A stretch of DNA of 63,881 nt, filler included, from Octopus bimaculoides (taxonomy: Eukaryota), in NCBI RefSeq assembly GCF_001194135.2. It is 9 parts of 7 records of this genome, joined end to end, with 100 filler letters (N's around TTAATTAATTAA, not from the genome) between each part and the next. Parts side by side here need not be neighbours in the genome. Positions count along the whole stretch, not along the records: positions 26,208 to 46,009 come from NC_069006.1; 8 more parts are not named here. The stretch is one strand, 5' to 3'. A program made the position numbers and the translations under genes. Positions 26,561 through 38,350 of the stretch are shown here, piece by piece. Under the pieces are notes generated by a model that ran no database searches, was not told where the DNA came from, and saw only the letters and a list, made by a program, of their open reading frames with translations. How positions within the stretch are numbered: the stretch's first letter is position 1; the number at the start of each line of letters is the position of its first letter.

Positions 26561-27604
26561 ACACACGTGCATACACGCATGTCGTTTTCACATGGCCACG
26601 GCGATTTGCGATTTTAAGTGACCAGACAATCTGTGTATTTACACACACGCATACACACAAAATTAACATTCATTCTCACAGCACAACAATAATCATCACC
26701 ACCATCAACATCTATTGTTTTAAAGAAATCACAGAATAACACAAGTCTTCTTTACACGTTTAATTATCGACATTTAAAAAAAAAAATCATCATCATTACT
26801 ATTTTTTTTAATCATAAAAAATATATAATTTTATTATCTGAGATCGTACGTGTTGTTTATCGTATTCACCAGAATACGACATTGGTATTTTGGCAGGGAA
26901 CATGTATTAATTGCTAACCTCAACAACTTTTAGGAATTTTTAGCGGTCCTTGATTATTATTAGTTAATACTTCATGTTTTTTTTTAATCAGTTTTAGTTT
27001 GTTTTGTTTTAAATGAAAGCAACAACATACTAGTGACATTAATTAAACACACACCGAATTACCGGGGTGGTTACGGTGAGAAAAATATCAACAGCATTCT
27101 TGTTATTCTTGTTCACATGATGAATAATGAATAATAAATATTTTTCATCCTTAAATTCATTCGAAGACGTATTGTTCAAATATTCACTCAACTCTTATTG
27201 AAACAACAATGGTAAATTTGAGAGAAAAGAAGAAAAACATACCACCAACCATGCTGTTGTCGCACATCGGTAACCTTTAAGAGGGGTTTGTTTAAGGAAT
27301 TCCATTCCTTAATTGTTAATAATTCTATAATTGTTGGTTTGGATTTAGAAGAGATTCTTTTTTTAATCCGACAGGTGGATTATATATATATGTATACATA
27401 TAAACACCGGGCAACTTGGGTGTGAGGATTATTACAAGTGGTTCATGTTTGGGACCACCTAACAACGCTATGTTTGTATATGTGTCTGTATACATTATAT
27501 ATAACGTAGACGCAGCAACGTGGTATAAAGCTTATAAAAAGTGGTTTATGTTAATTTGACGGTGGGGTTGAGCATGTGAGTGTAAGGTGTATATGTATAT
27601 ATAT

Positions 27605-27715
27605 AGTTGAAATTTACAGAAAAAACAGAAGACGAAGACAGCAGGTGTATTAGATTGACGCTCGGTAAAGAGAGAAAGTCTTTACGTTTCGAGCCTACGC
27701 TCTTTAACAGAAAGG
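27605..27715 (-). mobile_element. Short pLTR-like unit with a variant hammerhead core
   Basis: Minus strand CTGTTAA A GAGC-GTAG-GCTC GAAAC GTA AAGAC; sister copy at 48765-48885; ends in (TA)n. Confidence 0.5.
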
Positions 27716-27934
27716 AACGCGAGGAAATAAACAGAGAATATATGTATGTACATATGTGTGTATGTGTACGTACGTACGTATGTATGTATATGTAAAATTG
27801 ATGCTCCTCAGTTTCCCTCTTCGAGAGAATATGATGGAGAGATTGATGATTTGGTTCTGAGGGTCAAACCTTCCAAAATTGATGTGGAGTTTTGCTAGTT
27901 GCTTTGAAAAAAATTTTTTTTTTCAACTTAATTA

Positions 27935-28333
27935 CTACAAGTCAGTTCTCAGTACATACCTGGTCGCCGATCTAAGTTTGTCGTTCACTTGTGAACTAAA
28001 ATGTTTGCCATATCGGCACCAATTAACGAAGTGTTCGCAATTGTTGCTCAATATACTGTATTTGTATTCGCCGATCCTCGACTGAGCCCTTCTCACGATG
28101 TCACACCTGCCGAAAGGCTGGGTTTCTTCGTCGTGGATGTTGGCCACCGTCACAGGGCTGCCCGCCGCCACTGCACTCAAACTCTCGCGACGGACCTTTG
28201 CGTCATATTGTGTCTTCATGTCTGCTTCTCCACTGTAATGAATTACAGAGCCCAAACCGGCATAAATTGCATAATGGTCGTAGCTTCCTCGGTTAAAGCG
28301 CAAGATGCTGCCCAGAGGATAAGGTTCAAACAA
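27935..28333 (-). CDS. LRAT/HRASLS (PLAAT)-family NlpC/P60 acyltransferase/phospholipase domain; probable terminal exon
   Basis: RGSYDHYAIYAG..VIHYSG (two catalytic His) and YSILSNNCEHFVNWCRYG (catalytic Cys). A pyrimidine-rich acceptor TTTTCTTTATTCCATTCAG ends at 28334 in phase 0; the frame is open to TAG at 27935. Confidence 0.85.
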   Translation of the reverse strand: MFEPYPLGSILRFNRGSYDHYAIYAGLGSVIHYSGEADMKTQYDAKVRRESLSAVAAGSPVTVANIHDEETQPFGRCDIVRRAQSRIGEYKYSILSNNCEHFVNWCRYGKHFSSQVNDKLRSATRYVLRTDL

Positions 28334-29339
28334 CTGAATGGAATAAAGAAAAGCACACATGAAAAGATTCATTATTCTTCTTTCTATCTGTTCTCCCTCT
28401 GTTTCTCGCGTTTTTCTTCTTTTTTTTTTTCAATGTAAAATAATACAGAAAAATAGTCAAACCAAAAAAACTACCAGCACAATGGCAAAGCACCGTAACT
28501 GGATAATTATACGACGTAAGGGAAGAAATTAACGAGGAAATTATTATGAGTAAGAACCTGGAAGTATACAAAGAAGGGTGGAGTTTAAATTAAGAGAGAG
28601 TGACAGAATGGAAAGAAGGGAGTAATAAATGGATAAAGCAAAAAATAAGAGAGGGAAGTACGCAAAACTTGCCGGTGATATATCAATGTAGACAGAGAGA
28701 CGGACGAATAATTTGAAGTGGATAAATGAAAGATTAGGAATAATAGGAAACGTTAGACGAAAGAATGAATGAATGAATGAACGAAGGAAGGAAGGAATAG
28801 AGATGGGAAAGCGATTAAAGAGAGATTATGAGAGCGATAGTAGATACATTAATAGTGATAGATAGACTAAAACATAGATAGATAGAAAGAGGGAAAATAC
28901 AGTAATAGATAGAGGGGTAAATGAAGATTAAAATTAACGAAACAAATGTAACTTATAATATATATAGGGATGAGTAAACGATAATAAATGTGACTGATAT
29001 TTTCTTTTAAATTATTTATATTAGGTTGACAGCGTCTAAATAAGTACGACATCCATGTTACGACGACGATGATGATGGTGATGGTGCAATGCTGACAAGA
29101 ACTGTTGCAATCAAGTTGTGTGTCATCGGACGGAATGGAGATAAAACATAACAAACCCGGCTTTTTATTTATTCAGATACAAAATCAATATAATTTTCGT
29201 CACATTGTATCTTCCTTTGTCTCTTTCTCTTTATTTAACTATATATCTGTCTGTCCATCCATTCACGAGTATCCGTACACACATACACACATTATCTCCT
29301 ATCTTTCACTTGTTCAGTACTTGTTTTCTTTTTATTAAC

Positions 29340-29562
29340 CTCGGTACTTATTCTATCGCTCTCTTTTTGCCGAACCGCTCAGTTACGGGAACGTAAACAC
29401 ACCCAACACCGGTTGTCAAGCGGTGGTGGGGTACAAACACAGACACAAAAACGCACATATTTATACGACGGACTTCTTTCAGTTTCCGTCTACCAAATCC
29501 ACTCACAAGGCTTTGGTTGGCCCGAGGCTATAACAAACGACACTTACCCAAGGTGCCACGCA
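29340..29562 (-). mobile_element. SINE family A fragment
   Basis: Matches 8970-9210. Confidence 0.75.
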
Positions 29563-30099
29563 GAAAATATATAACTACTATATGTTAGCCCCTCCCCCAT
29601 CGACTTCGTTTTCTCGTAACATTCAGAAAAATTGATATATTTTTTTTATAGAATTTTCTACAAGTACTTTTCAGATTTGTTGTGCAAACTCTCTTGTAAG
29701 CAAGCTCAAAGATAGACCATCCTCTACGTGGTCATTTAGTATGCTAGAAATAGCACGAGGCACATGGGTATATTCTAAGGGCTGTAGCATGCCAAACAGC
29801 TAAACCTACAAATTCATTTGTGATAATTTTGTCTTCAGATTACACCTGTATCTATGGAAATGTTCATTTTAATAACAAATATTCATACCACAAATTCCAA
29901 AAAGGAAAGGTTGGAATAGTCCACATACATGCATACATACATATACATACAGGTATATACATACATACTTACACATGCATGCATACATACATACATACAT
30001 ACATACATTCCAAAGATAGAGCCTTGTATCTTTGTTGGAAACTGGTTTCCTCCTCAGTGGAAGATTTGTAATGATTAAAAAGTGTAAGAGACACATGCA

Positions 30100-30625
30100 T
30101 GGATACATATATACATATATGTACATGCATACCTAAATTAATACATACATACATAATACATACATACACACATGTATATACATACATACATACATTCATA
30201 CATACATGTGTATATGCATACATACATTCATTCATACATACATACACACATGTATATGCATACATACATACACACACATGTATAAGCATACATACATACA
30301 CACACATGTATATACATACATACTTTTATTCATACATACATACACACACACATGTATATGCATATATACATTCATTCATGCATACATACACACACATGTA
30401 TATGCATACATACATACATACACACACATGTATATGCATATATACATACATTCATTCATACATACGTACATACATACATACATACACACATGTATATGCA
30501 TATATACATACATTCATTCANNNNNNNNNNNNNNNNNNNNNNNNNNNNNNNNNNNNNNNNNNNNNNNNNNNNNNNNNNNNNNNNNNNNNNNNNNNNNNNN
30601 NNNNNNNNNNNNNNNNNNNNNNNNN

Positions 30626-30655
<30 letters not shown>
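30100..30655. repeat. Compound (CATA)n-derived minisatellite with recurring CACACATGTATATGCATA(TA)TACATTCATTCA units
   Basis: Direct reading. Confidence 0.85.
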
Positions 30656-30659
<4 letters not shown>

Positions 30660-31690
30660 CATCATAAGACTTGGAAGGCAGCTCCTTGAGCAACACTCTT
30701 TATCTGATAACCCAGAATATATGCCCAAAGAAGTCACATGACTCTACCGCAATGTAACATGACAAGAAGAGCCTATATAAGTAGAAGACTATGCATGGAT
30801 ATGTTAGTAGAAAGCTCAGAGATGATAGTAACATTGATCATCAAAGCAGTTTATCATGGACCAATATCTGGATTACTACCTATCAATCTGAAGGGTATGC
30901 GTTTGCAATCCAGGAACAGGAAATATCAATCAAGTAACTGATGCACAAAAGGGATAGAGATGCAGGAAAAGCAGTAAAATATGACAACCGATGCAGACTT
31001 TGTGGAGTTAACACCAAAGATATCACCCACACCAGAAGCAGTTGTCTGAAAATGTCATCACAGTATTATCTACTGATGAGACATGATGTAACTAGGACAC
31101 TCTATTATGAAACCTGCCAGAAGGATAATCCCAAAGATAAAGAAATAAGAACTCACAATATGGTAGAAGCCATAGCCACTCATAATAAAAAGGAGTACTG
31201 GTGGAATATCTTAGTGAAGACCTCAATAAAGTGTAAGCATAACAGACCTGATATAATGATTCGGGACAGAGAAGAGAAACTGTGCACAGTTGTGGAAATT
31301 ATCTGCCCAGCGGATGCTAAAATAAAGCTGAAGATCAGTGAAAAAGAGAATACCTATGCTGAACTATGGAGAAATCTGCAGTTACTTGATCCAGATTACA
31401 AGTTCAGGTTTTTACCTGTAATTATTGGGGCTCTGGGATATGTAGCACACTGCCTAAATACCAATCTTGAGAAATTAGGCTTCTCAAAACCAGAAAGGAG
31501 AAGGCTGATTCAAAGACTACAGATTCAGTCCATCACTGGAACTGTACAAATCTGTAAAACTTTCCAGAAGTTTATTGTTTAGATATATATGAGCATGTCT
31601 AGATATGCAACTATATGCATGAGAATACATACATAAAACATATAAATCTGCACATAAATACATACATACATACGTACAAAAGTAGCCTGT
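30660..31690 (+). mobile_element. 5'-truncated R4/Dong-like non-LTR retrotransposon (zinc knuckle and restriction-like endonuclease), degenerate
   Basis: EGYAFAIQEQEI, CRLCGVNTKDITHTRSSC, MRHD, KHNRPDIMIRD..VEIICP, PVIIGALG; stop at 31582; (CATA)n on both sides. Confidence 0.85.
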
Positions 31691-31779
31691 TGTTGATGTT
31701 GAAATTTCAATGAAGGAGCCTTGGATCTAGATTAGAAACCACTTCTTTCTTTATTGGCAAGAAATCTTAGAATAAACTG

Positions 31780-31845
31780 AATAATGACACTCAAAAAGAA
31801 GTACTGGTGAAAGATTCCAGTGAAAACCTCAATAAAATGTAAACA
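31780..31845 (+). mobile_element. Short duplicate of the same R4/Dong-like element
   Basis: AAGAAGTACTGGTG..CCAGTGAAAACCTCAATAAAATGTAAACAT matches 31185-31240. Confidence 0.6.
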
Positions 31846-33818
31846 TTTCAAAATTATAAAATAATAAATTATTTTTGTATGAGAAATTGAATTATGCTTT
31901 CTGAATTTTCTTGGCCAGGAGACTTCTATTCTTACCAACTGATGTGAAGACCAGAACAAATCAATTACACACATCAAATAAACTTCATTTTCATTTACAT
32001 ATTTCTACATTATCTCAACAACCAGTTATAGTTATTTGAAATACACAGCTCTAAAAGGACCAGGTTTCATTAGAAAGTGAAAATAGTTTCACACTTTGAA
32101 TTTGAACCAAAATTACAAAGTGTTGGATTACGAGAGTGGCGATGTGTGAATAATGAAAATAATGTTTCTCTGAATTAGTCACATAGATACTATAATGAAG
32201 CAGCTTATCATTTATCTACCAAATAAACTATGTTTTTGGCACAACAACTCATTTTTACTACTTGAGGTCATTTTTGGCCGATATTTCGATTTGCTCTGAA
32301 TGTTTCACTTTCGTCCGATGTTTCATGCATGTGTAGAATTCTACTCAGACAAACATTTATGAAAATGTACACATAAATATCGTATTAAAATTAAGCCACG
32401 ACCCAAAAAATTGTATTAAAAGTCATCTCTTTCTCTATATGTTATGAGGAAATACAGTCACTCTCTCTCTCACGCACATGCACAAAAAAGGTGTATACAT
32501 ATGTATTGATGTACGTGTATATGAAAGATAATGTGTGTGTGAGAGAGAGAGAGCGAGTAAGTGCCACTTACACATACATGCAAAAAAATTCATGCATCAC
32601 AACAAACCTTCACTCAATCACTCACTCTCACTTTCTCTCTCTCTCTTTCACACACACGTCCATTTCATATACACGTACATCTTTCACTCTCTGCTCTCAC
32701 TTCAAAGCAAATGTCGCCTTTTTACTTTCTCCTCTCTTTCAACTTCTGCTCTCTTCAAAGCATAAAGAAATTTTAAAATTTTTATGGAAATTAACGAAAA
32801 ATCATATGATTCTATATGATAGAGTTGACAACTTTGCTTCTTCAAACGAAAGAATGCTATAAAATAACTTTCTTTGGCATACACATGCATACACACACTC
32901 ACAATCTAGGTAAAACTTCTGTATGAATTGTTATTTCTTGTTGTGTGCATGTGCAAATTCACAGCTCAAATCCAATTGAAATGGCCTTTTTCTNNNNNNN
33001 NNNNNNNNNNNNNNNNNNNNNNNNNNNNNNNNNNNNNNNNNNNNNNNNNNNNNNNNNNNNNNNNNNNNNNNNNNNNNNNNNNNNNNNNNNNNNNNNNNNN
33101 NNNNNNNNNNNNNNNNNNNNNNNNNNNNNNNNNNNNNNNNNNNNNNNNNNNNNNNNNNNNNNNNNNNNNNNNNNNNNNNNNNNNNNNNNNNNNNNNNNNN
33201 NNNNNNNNNNNNNNNNNNNNNNNNNNNNNNNNNNNNNNNNNNNNNNNNNNNNNNNNNNNNNNNNNNNNNNNNNNNNNNNNNNNNNNNNNNNNNNNNNNNN
33301 NNNNNNNNNNNNNNNNNNNNNNNNNNNNNNNNNNNNNNNNNNNNNNNNNNNNNNNNNNNNNNNNNNNNNNNNNNNNNNNNNNNNNNNNNNNNNNNNNNNN
33401 NNNNNNNNNNNNNNNNNNNNNNNNNNNNNNNNNNNNNNNNNNNNNNNNNNNNNNNNNNNNNNNNNNNNNNNNNNNNNNNNNNNNNNNNNNNNNNNNNNNN
33501 NNNNNNNNNNNNNNNNNNNNNNNNNNNNNNNNNNNNNNNNNNNNNNNNNNNNNNNNNNNNNNNNNNNNNNNNNNNNNNNNNNNNNNNNNNNNNNNNNNNN
33601 NNNNNNNNNNNNNNNNNNNNNNNNNNNNNNNNNNNNNNNNNNNNNNNNNNNNNNNNNNNNNNNNNNNNNNNNNNNNNNNNNNNNNNNNNNNNNNNNNNNN
33701 NNNNNNNNNNNNNNNNNNNNNNNNNNNNNNNNNNNNNNNNNNNNNNNNNNNNNNNNNNNNNNNNNNNNNNNNNNNNNNNNNNNNNNNNNNNNNNNNNNNN
33801 NNNNNATACATTTAAGGA

Positions 33819-34066
33819 TCACTCTATTGGTTACGATGACAAGGGTCCCAGCTAATACAATCAACAGAACAGCTTGCTAGTGAAATTAACGTGTAAGTGG
33901 CTGAGCATTCCACAGACACGTGTACCCTTAATGTACTTCTCTGGGAGATTCAGCATGACACAGAAAGTGACAAGGCTGGCCCTTTGAAATAAAGGCACTA
34001 TTCATTTTTGCCAGCTGAGTGGACTGGAGCAATGTGAAATAAAGTGTCTTGCTCAAGGACACAACA
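33819..34066 (-). mobile_element. SINE family C body
   Basis: Reverse complement of 310-547. Confidence 0.75.
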
Positions 34067-34217
34067 TACATTCATTGGTATCTAATTGCTGGAAATTTAA
34101 CCGTACTCCTTTATATTGAGTGCTTACTTGATATCTACCAGGGTTTTTAATCCCATTATATATATATATAAAGTTGTAGTATATTGTCAACTTAATGTGA
34201 CAATCCCAATAAGGGAA

Positions 34218-34450
34218 TACACTACTGCTGTTTAGCCCTAGGAAGCTGGACCGCTTCCTGTCGGCCTTGACACAATTACTGTGTCCTTAAGTTTGTGAAG
34301 GGGAGACAAGCTCCCCCACCCAGCCTAGCCAGCATTCAGGGACATGTTTCTGAGTCTTTGCTCGTCATCAGCCTGAAGTAGCTTGCCAGTAATTGTGTCA
34401 AGGCCGACAGGAAACGGTCCAGCTTCCTAGGGCTAAACAGCAGTAGTGTA
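34218..34450. mobile_element. 233-bp element with 64-bp inverted repeats (63/64 identical, TA at both outer ends) enclosing a hammerhead motif
   Basis: 34218-34281 is the reverse complement of 34387-34450 with one mismatch, at 34254. Confidence 0.85.
34335..34377 (-). ncRNA. Minimal type I hammerhead ribozyme
   Basis: Minus strand TTCAGG CTGATGA C GAG CAAAGA CTC A GAAA CATG TC | CCTGAA: 6-bp helix I, intact core, 3-bp helix II, palindromic ACATGT helix III, GUC cleavage site. Confidence 0.7.
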
Positions 34451-34824
34451 AAAAGAAACGCACGCGCGCACACACCCACACACACACACACACATGCATA
34501 TGTATCATTGTGGTTGTGATTGTTCTCCATCAGCATTTGACAACTGGTGTTGGTGTGTTTATATCTCCATCACATAGCAGTTCAGCAAAAGAGACTGATA
34601 GAATAGGTACCAGGCTTCAAAAAGAAAAGAAATAAGTCCTGGTGTTCATTTGTTTGGGTAAAATTCTTCACAGTGGTGCCCCAGCATGGCCATAGTCTAA
34701 TGTCTAAAACAAGTAAAAAAGATAAAAGACTGAAATTTTATATGTGTGTATATATGATAGACTGCATGCAGAGTTGTTCAATACCAGGTTTATCAAGAGG
34801 ATGAAGAGGTGGGTTTCTGTTTTT

Positions 34825-35047
34825 TTATCTTAGCTCGACATAAGTTTCACTATCATCTTCTATGGCTGCTGAAATTTCTGGATCTGGATTCAAGCATTCA
34901 TAATGTTCTTCAGAGTTTTGCTGTTGGAAATGTAATCCTTGTCCAGGTGCATTGATATAAATTGAGTTGGTCTTTTGCATGGAGGAGGAAGTGACTTGAG
35001 GTTCTGACATATTACCTTTGCCTTTGTTGTTTCCAAGCATCTTAGAC
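34825..35047 (-). CDS. Probable terminal exon of an unidentified protein (acidic tail with three Tyr motifs)
   Basis: Acceptor CTATTGCAG ends at 35048; non-repetitive open frame SKMLGNNK...SIYINA...EEHYECL...DDSETYVELR* ends in TAA. Confidence 0.5.
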
Positions 35048-35099
35048 CTGCAATAGACATGTATAAGTATATGTATACATCTATCTATCTATCTATCTA

Positions 35100-35353
35100 A
35101 TCACCATCATCATCATTGACATTTAACATCTGCTTTCCAGGACTGATAAGCCAGGAGGCTGCACCAGGCTCTAATCTGATTTGGCAAAGTTACTACAGCT
35201 GAATGCTCTTTCTAACACCAACCACTGTGAGAGTGCACTGGGTGCTTTTTACATGCCACTGACATGGGTTCCTGTCAGGCAGCTCTGGCATCAGCCATGC
35301 TAAAATGGTGCTTTTACATGCCACCAGCACCAGAGCCAGCCAGGCGGTACTGG

Positions 35354-35355
<2 letters not shown>
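35100..35355 (-). mobile_element. RTE-type LINE 3' UTR fragment
   Basis: Reverse complement resembles 24860-25044 and 41190-41460; (ATC)n tail. Confidence 0.6.
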
Positions 35356-35397
<42 letters not shown>

Positions 35398-35399
35398 CC

Positions 35400-35640
35400 C
35401 AGCAACACACTGTGTCCTTGAGCAAGACACTTTATTTCACATTGCACCAGTCCAATCTTCTGGCAAAAACAAGTAGTACCTATATTTCAAAGTGCTAACC
35501 TTGTCACACACTGTGTCATGCTGAATCTCCCTCAGAAGTACATTAAGGGTATACGTGTCTGTGGAGTACTCAGCCAGTTGCACGTTAATTTCACAAGCAA
35601 GCTGTTCTGTCAATCATATCAGCTGGGATCCTTGTCATAA
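35400..35640 (+). mobile_element. SINE family C body
   Basis: Matches 310-547. Confidence 0.75.
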
Positions 35641-35901
35641 TTGACACAGTGCTCATTTTTCATATATATATATATTTATATATGTATATATATATATATA
35701 TATACATATATATNNNNNNNNNNNNNNNNNNNNNNNNNNNNNNNNNNNNNNNNNNNNNNNNNNNNNNNNNNNNNNNNNNNNNNNNNNNNNNNNNNNNNNN
35801 NNNNNNNNNNNNNNNNNNNNNNNNNNNNNNNNNNNNNNNNNNNNNNNNNNNNNNNNNNNNNNNNNNNNNNNNNNNNNNNNNNNNNNNNNNNNNNNNNNNN
35901 N

Positions 35902-35942
<41 letters not shown>

Positions 35943-36037
35943 CACATACATATATATACATACATACATACATACATATATACATACATACACATATATG
36001 TACATAATCTATAAAAATATGAGTGTGCGTGTATTTA

Positions 36038-37395
36038 CACATTGCGTTTCAAATTGTTATTGAAGTAACATATTTTTATTTTATTTAAAAACTATTCATT
36101 GGAATTCAAAGAAATTTTTACAAAATGTTGGTAACAGCTATTTGCAAGAGGTGTGTTAAAAGTGTGAATTTCTGTAAAATAACACAGAAACCACGGCCAT
36201 TTTCCACTTTACATAAACTTTCCCTGTTTCAAATTATTAGCGAGGTGTGATTAAAACTGATGTAAACAGGAAAATATTGACTTACTTGTTTGATGTACAC
36301 ACTGGAATGAACACATACAGTCATAAACATGGAAGAAATAGAAATAAACAAACAAACAGCATTCAAAAATGATTGATGAGCTGGTTAGTAAGGGATGCAT
36401 GAGCCTGTGTTTCAAATAAGTTGGAAAAGGCACAAATCCATGGAACATGCTAGTTTCTGGATCTCTGATTTCATTCCATAAGATACATCCACTATTGCCT
36501 GCCATAGGTCATCCTTGCTCTTAAATTGGTGTCCTTTCTTGTAAACGCATGGCATTAGAATACTCCACAAGTTTCCTATTGGGTTTCAGTCAGAGGAACA
36601 GGCAGGCAGACCACTTCATATTTTGAGGTCCACCGAGGCCTAACTGTTGCAGATACTCTGTAGTTTTTTTGCTGAGTGTGAGGACATATTATCTTGCATG
36701 AACATTATGGTTGCCTTGAAGGTGATCCTTTGTTTTTTTGAACCAAAGATCAAAGTGTTCTCTCAGAAAGGTTATGTAAGCATTTGCAGTCAGTTTAACA
36801 CCATCAGGCATTTTCCAAGGATCAACCATAATATCTCCAAAAATACCAGCCTAAATCATGATGCCTCCTCCTCCTTGTTGGCATCTCAAGTGTTGATGAT
36901 GGTCTTGTCCATTTACAGCCCATCCCTTGCACAGGCCATCAGGTCGATCAAGAGTGGCCCGGGTTTCATCCATATACAAAACTTTTGAAAAGCCCTGCTT
37001 CATGTTATCTTCTGCCTATTTCAGATGATTTTGTTTGAAGGAGGATATCACTGGTTTACAGACGTTTTTCAGGGGACGACATCAGGTAGTTCTGGATGCA
37101 GGTGTTATGCCAATGCGCTTGAAAAGCTCTCCACTTGTAAGACTTAGCTTCTTTTTAGCTTCATGCTTAATTTGTGACAGAGAACATTGAGAAACAGCCC
37201 TTGACTGATCCTTGTTGGCTCTCTTAAGTATCTTCGTAGGAGCTGTACCAAATTTGTTCATAGTTTAGTGATATCTTCCAATTATTTTCGGTATTTCTAA
37301 TTTTGATTTACCTTTTGCAAGTTCAGAAGTAATAACAGATTTCTCTGAAGCAGATAAGTCACATTTACGATCCATAATTACTCAATTATCAGACT
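36038..37395 (-). mobile_element. Tc1/mariner DNA transposon, DD37E (TRT-like) transposase pseudogene 37375-36385 plus long terminal inverted repeat
   Basis: MDRKCDLSASEKSVI, VLYMDETRATLDRPDG, QQGGGGIMI, MFMQDN, W(P)ACSSD*NPIGNLWSI; D-to-E spacing is 37 after repairing two frameshifts; TA at 36036-36037. Confidence 0.8.
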
Positions 37396-37654
37396 AACCC
37401 ATCCAACCCATGCCAGCTCAGAAAACAGATATTAGATGATGATGATGATGATGATGCTGATGCTGTATATATATGCACACACACGCACACGCACACACAC
37501 ACATACACACACACACGCATACACACACACACACACGCATACACACACACACACACACACATGTAAATAGACACAGAAGTAAATAGACACCCCATAAAAC
37601 ATTGTTTTATGTTTATTATAACATGTAAAGGTTTATAATTTTTATTAACTGACA

Positions 37655-38350
37655 TCTTTATGTTTCAGGTTCTATGTGTGACTGACTGTTTAATAATGCC
37701 ACTTACAAAAGAAGGCTTGGAACTCTCTGAAATTCGAGGAGGCCGTATTGTGGGTCAATCTGAAGGTGGATCTAGTCAAATCACAGAAAACCTTGGGATC
37801 CCACTTTCCACAGTTAATAAAATGATTGTGCAATTCACTAGAGAGGAGAAGGAGTACCCATCATCTCACCTAGATCATCCAGGGTCCTCTGACGGGACCC
37901 TTCACTTTGTGAAGTGAAGTGTAGAGGATAATCCTCATTACAAGGCCTTTGACATAGCAGAACAAGTTGATGTCAGTCCCAGAACAGCTGTCAAGTATCC
38001 CCACAAACTTGGTTACCATGGCAGAGTAGCAAGAAGGAAGCCACTTCTTCAACCTGCCAACATTGAGTGGAGAAAAGATTGGGTCAGTGAGATGGTGGAA
38101 AGGCCACTAGCATTTTGGGACACTGTCATATTCTCTCATGAGTCCAGGTTTGCTGTATTTCCTGACAATGGTCGAGTGTGGGTCTGGAGACACTGTGATC
38201 AAGTATTTGACATGAAAAGATTGCAGCCAACAATGAAACACGGTAGCTATTCTGTAATGATCTAGGGAGCAGTTTGCAGCAATGGTCGATCAGAGCTGGT
38301 GCTGTGTGAGGGAAACATAAACTCAGATAAATATGTGTCCATATTGCAGA
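37655..38350 (+). mobile_element. Second, unrelated Tc1-like transposase pseudogene (N-terminal two thirds)
   Basis: ATG at 37696; GRIVG..GIPLSTV (HTH), ARRKPLL, WDTVIFSHESRF (first catalytic D mutated to H), VWVWR, LQPTMKHG..VMI*G; truncated before the second D. Confidence 0.8.
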
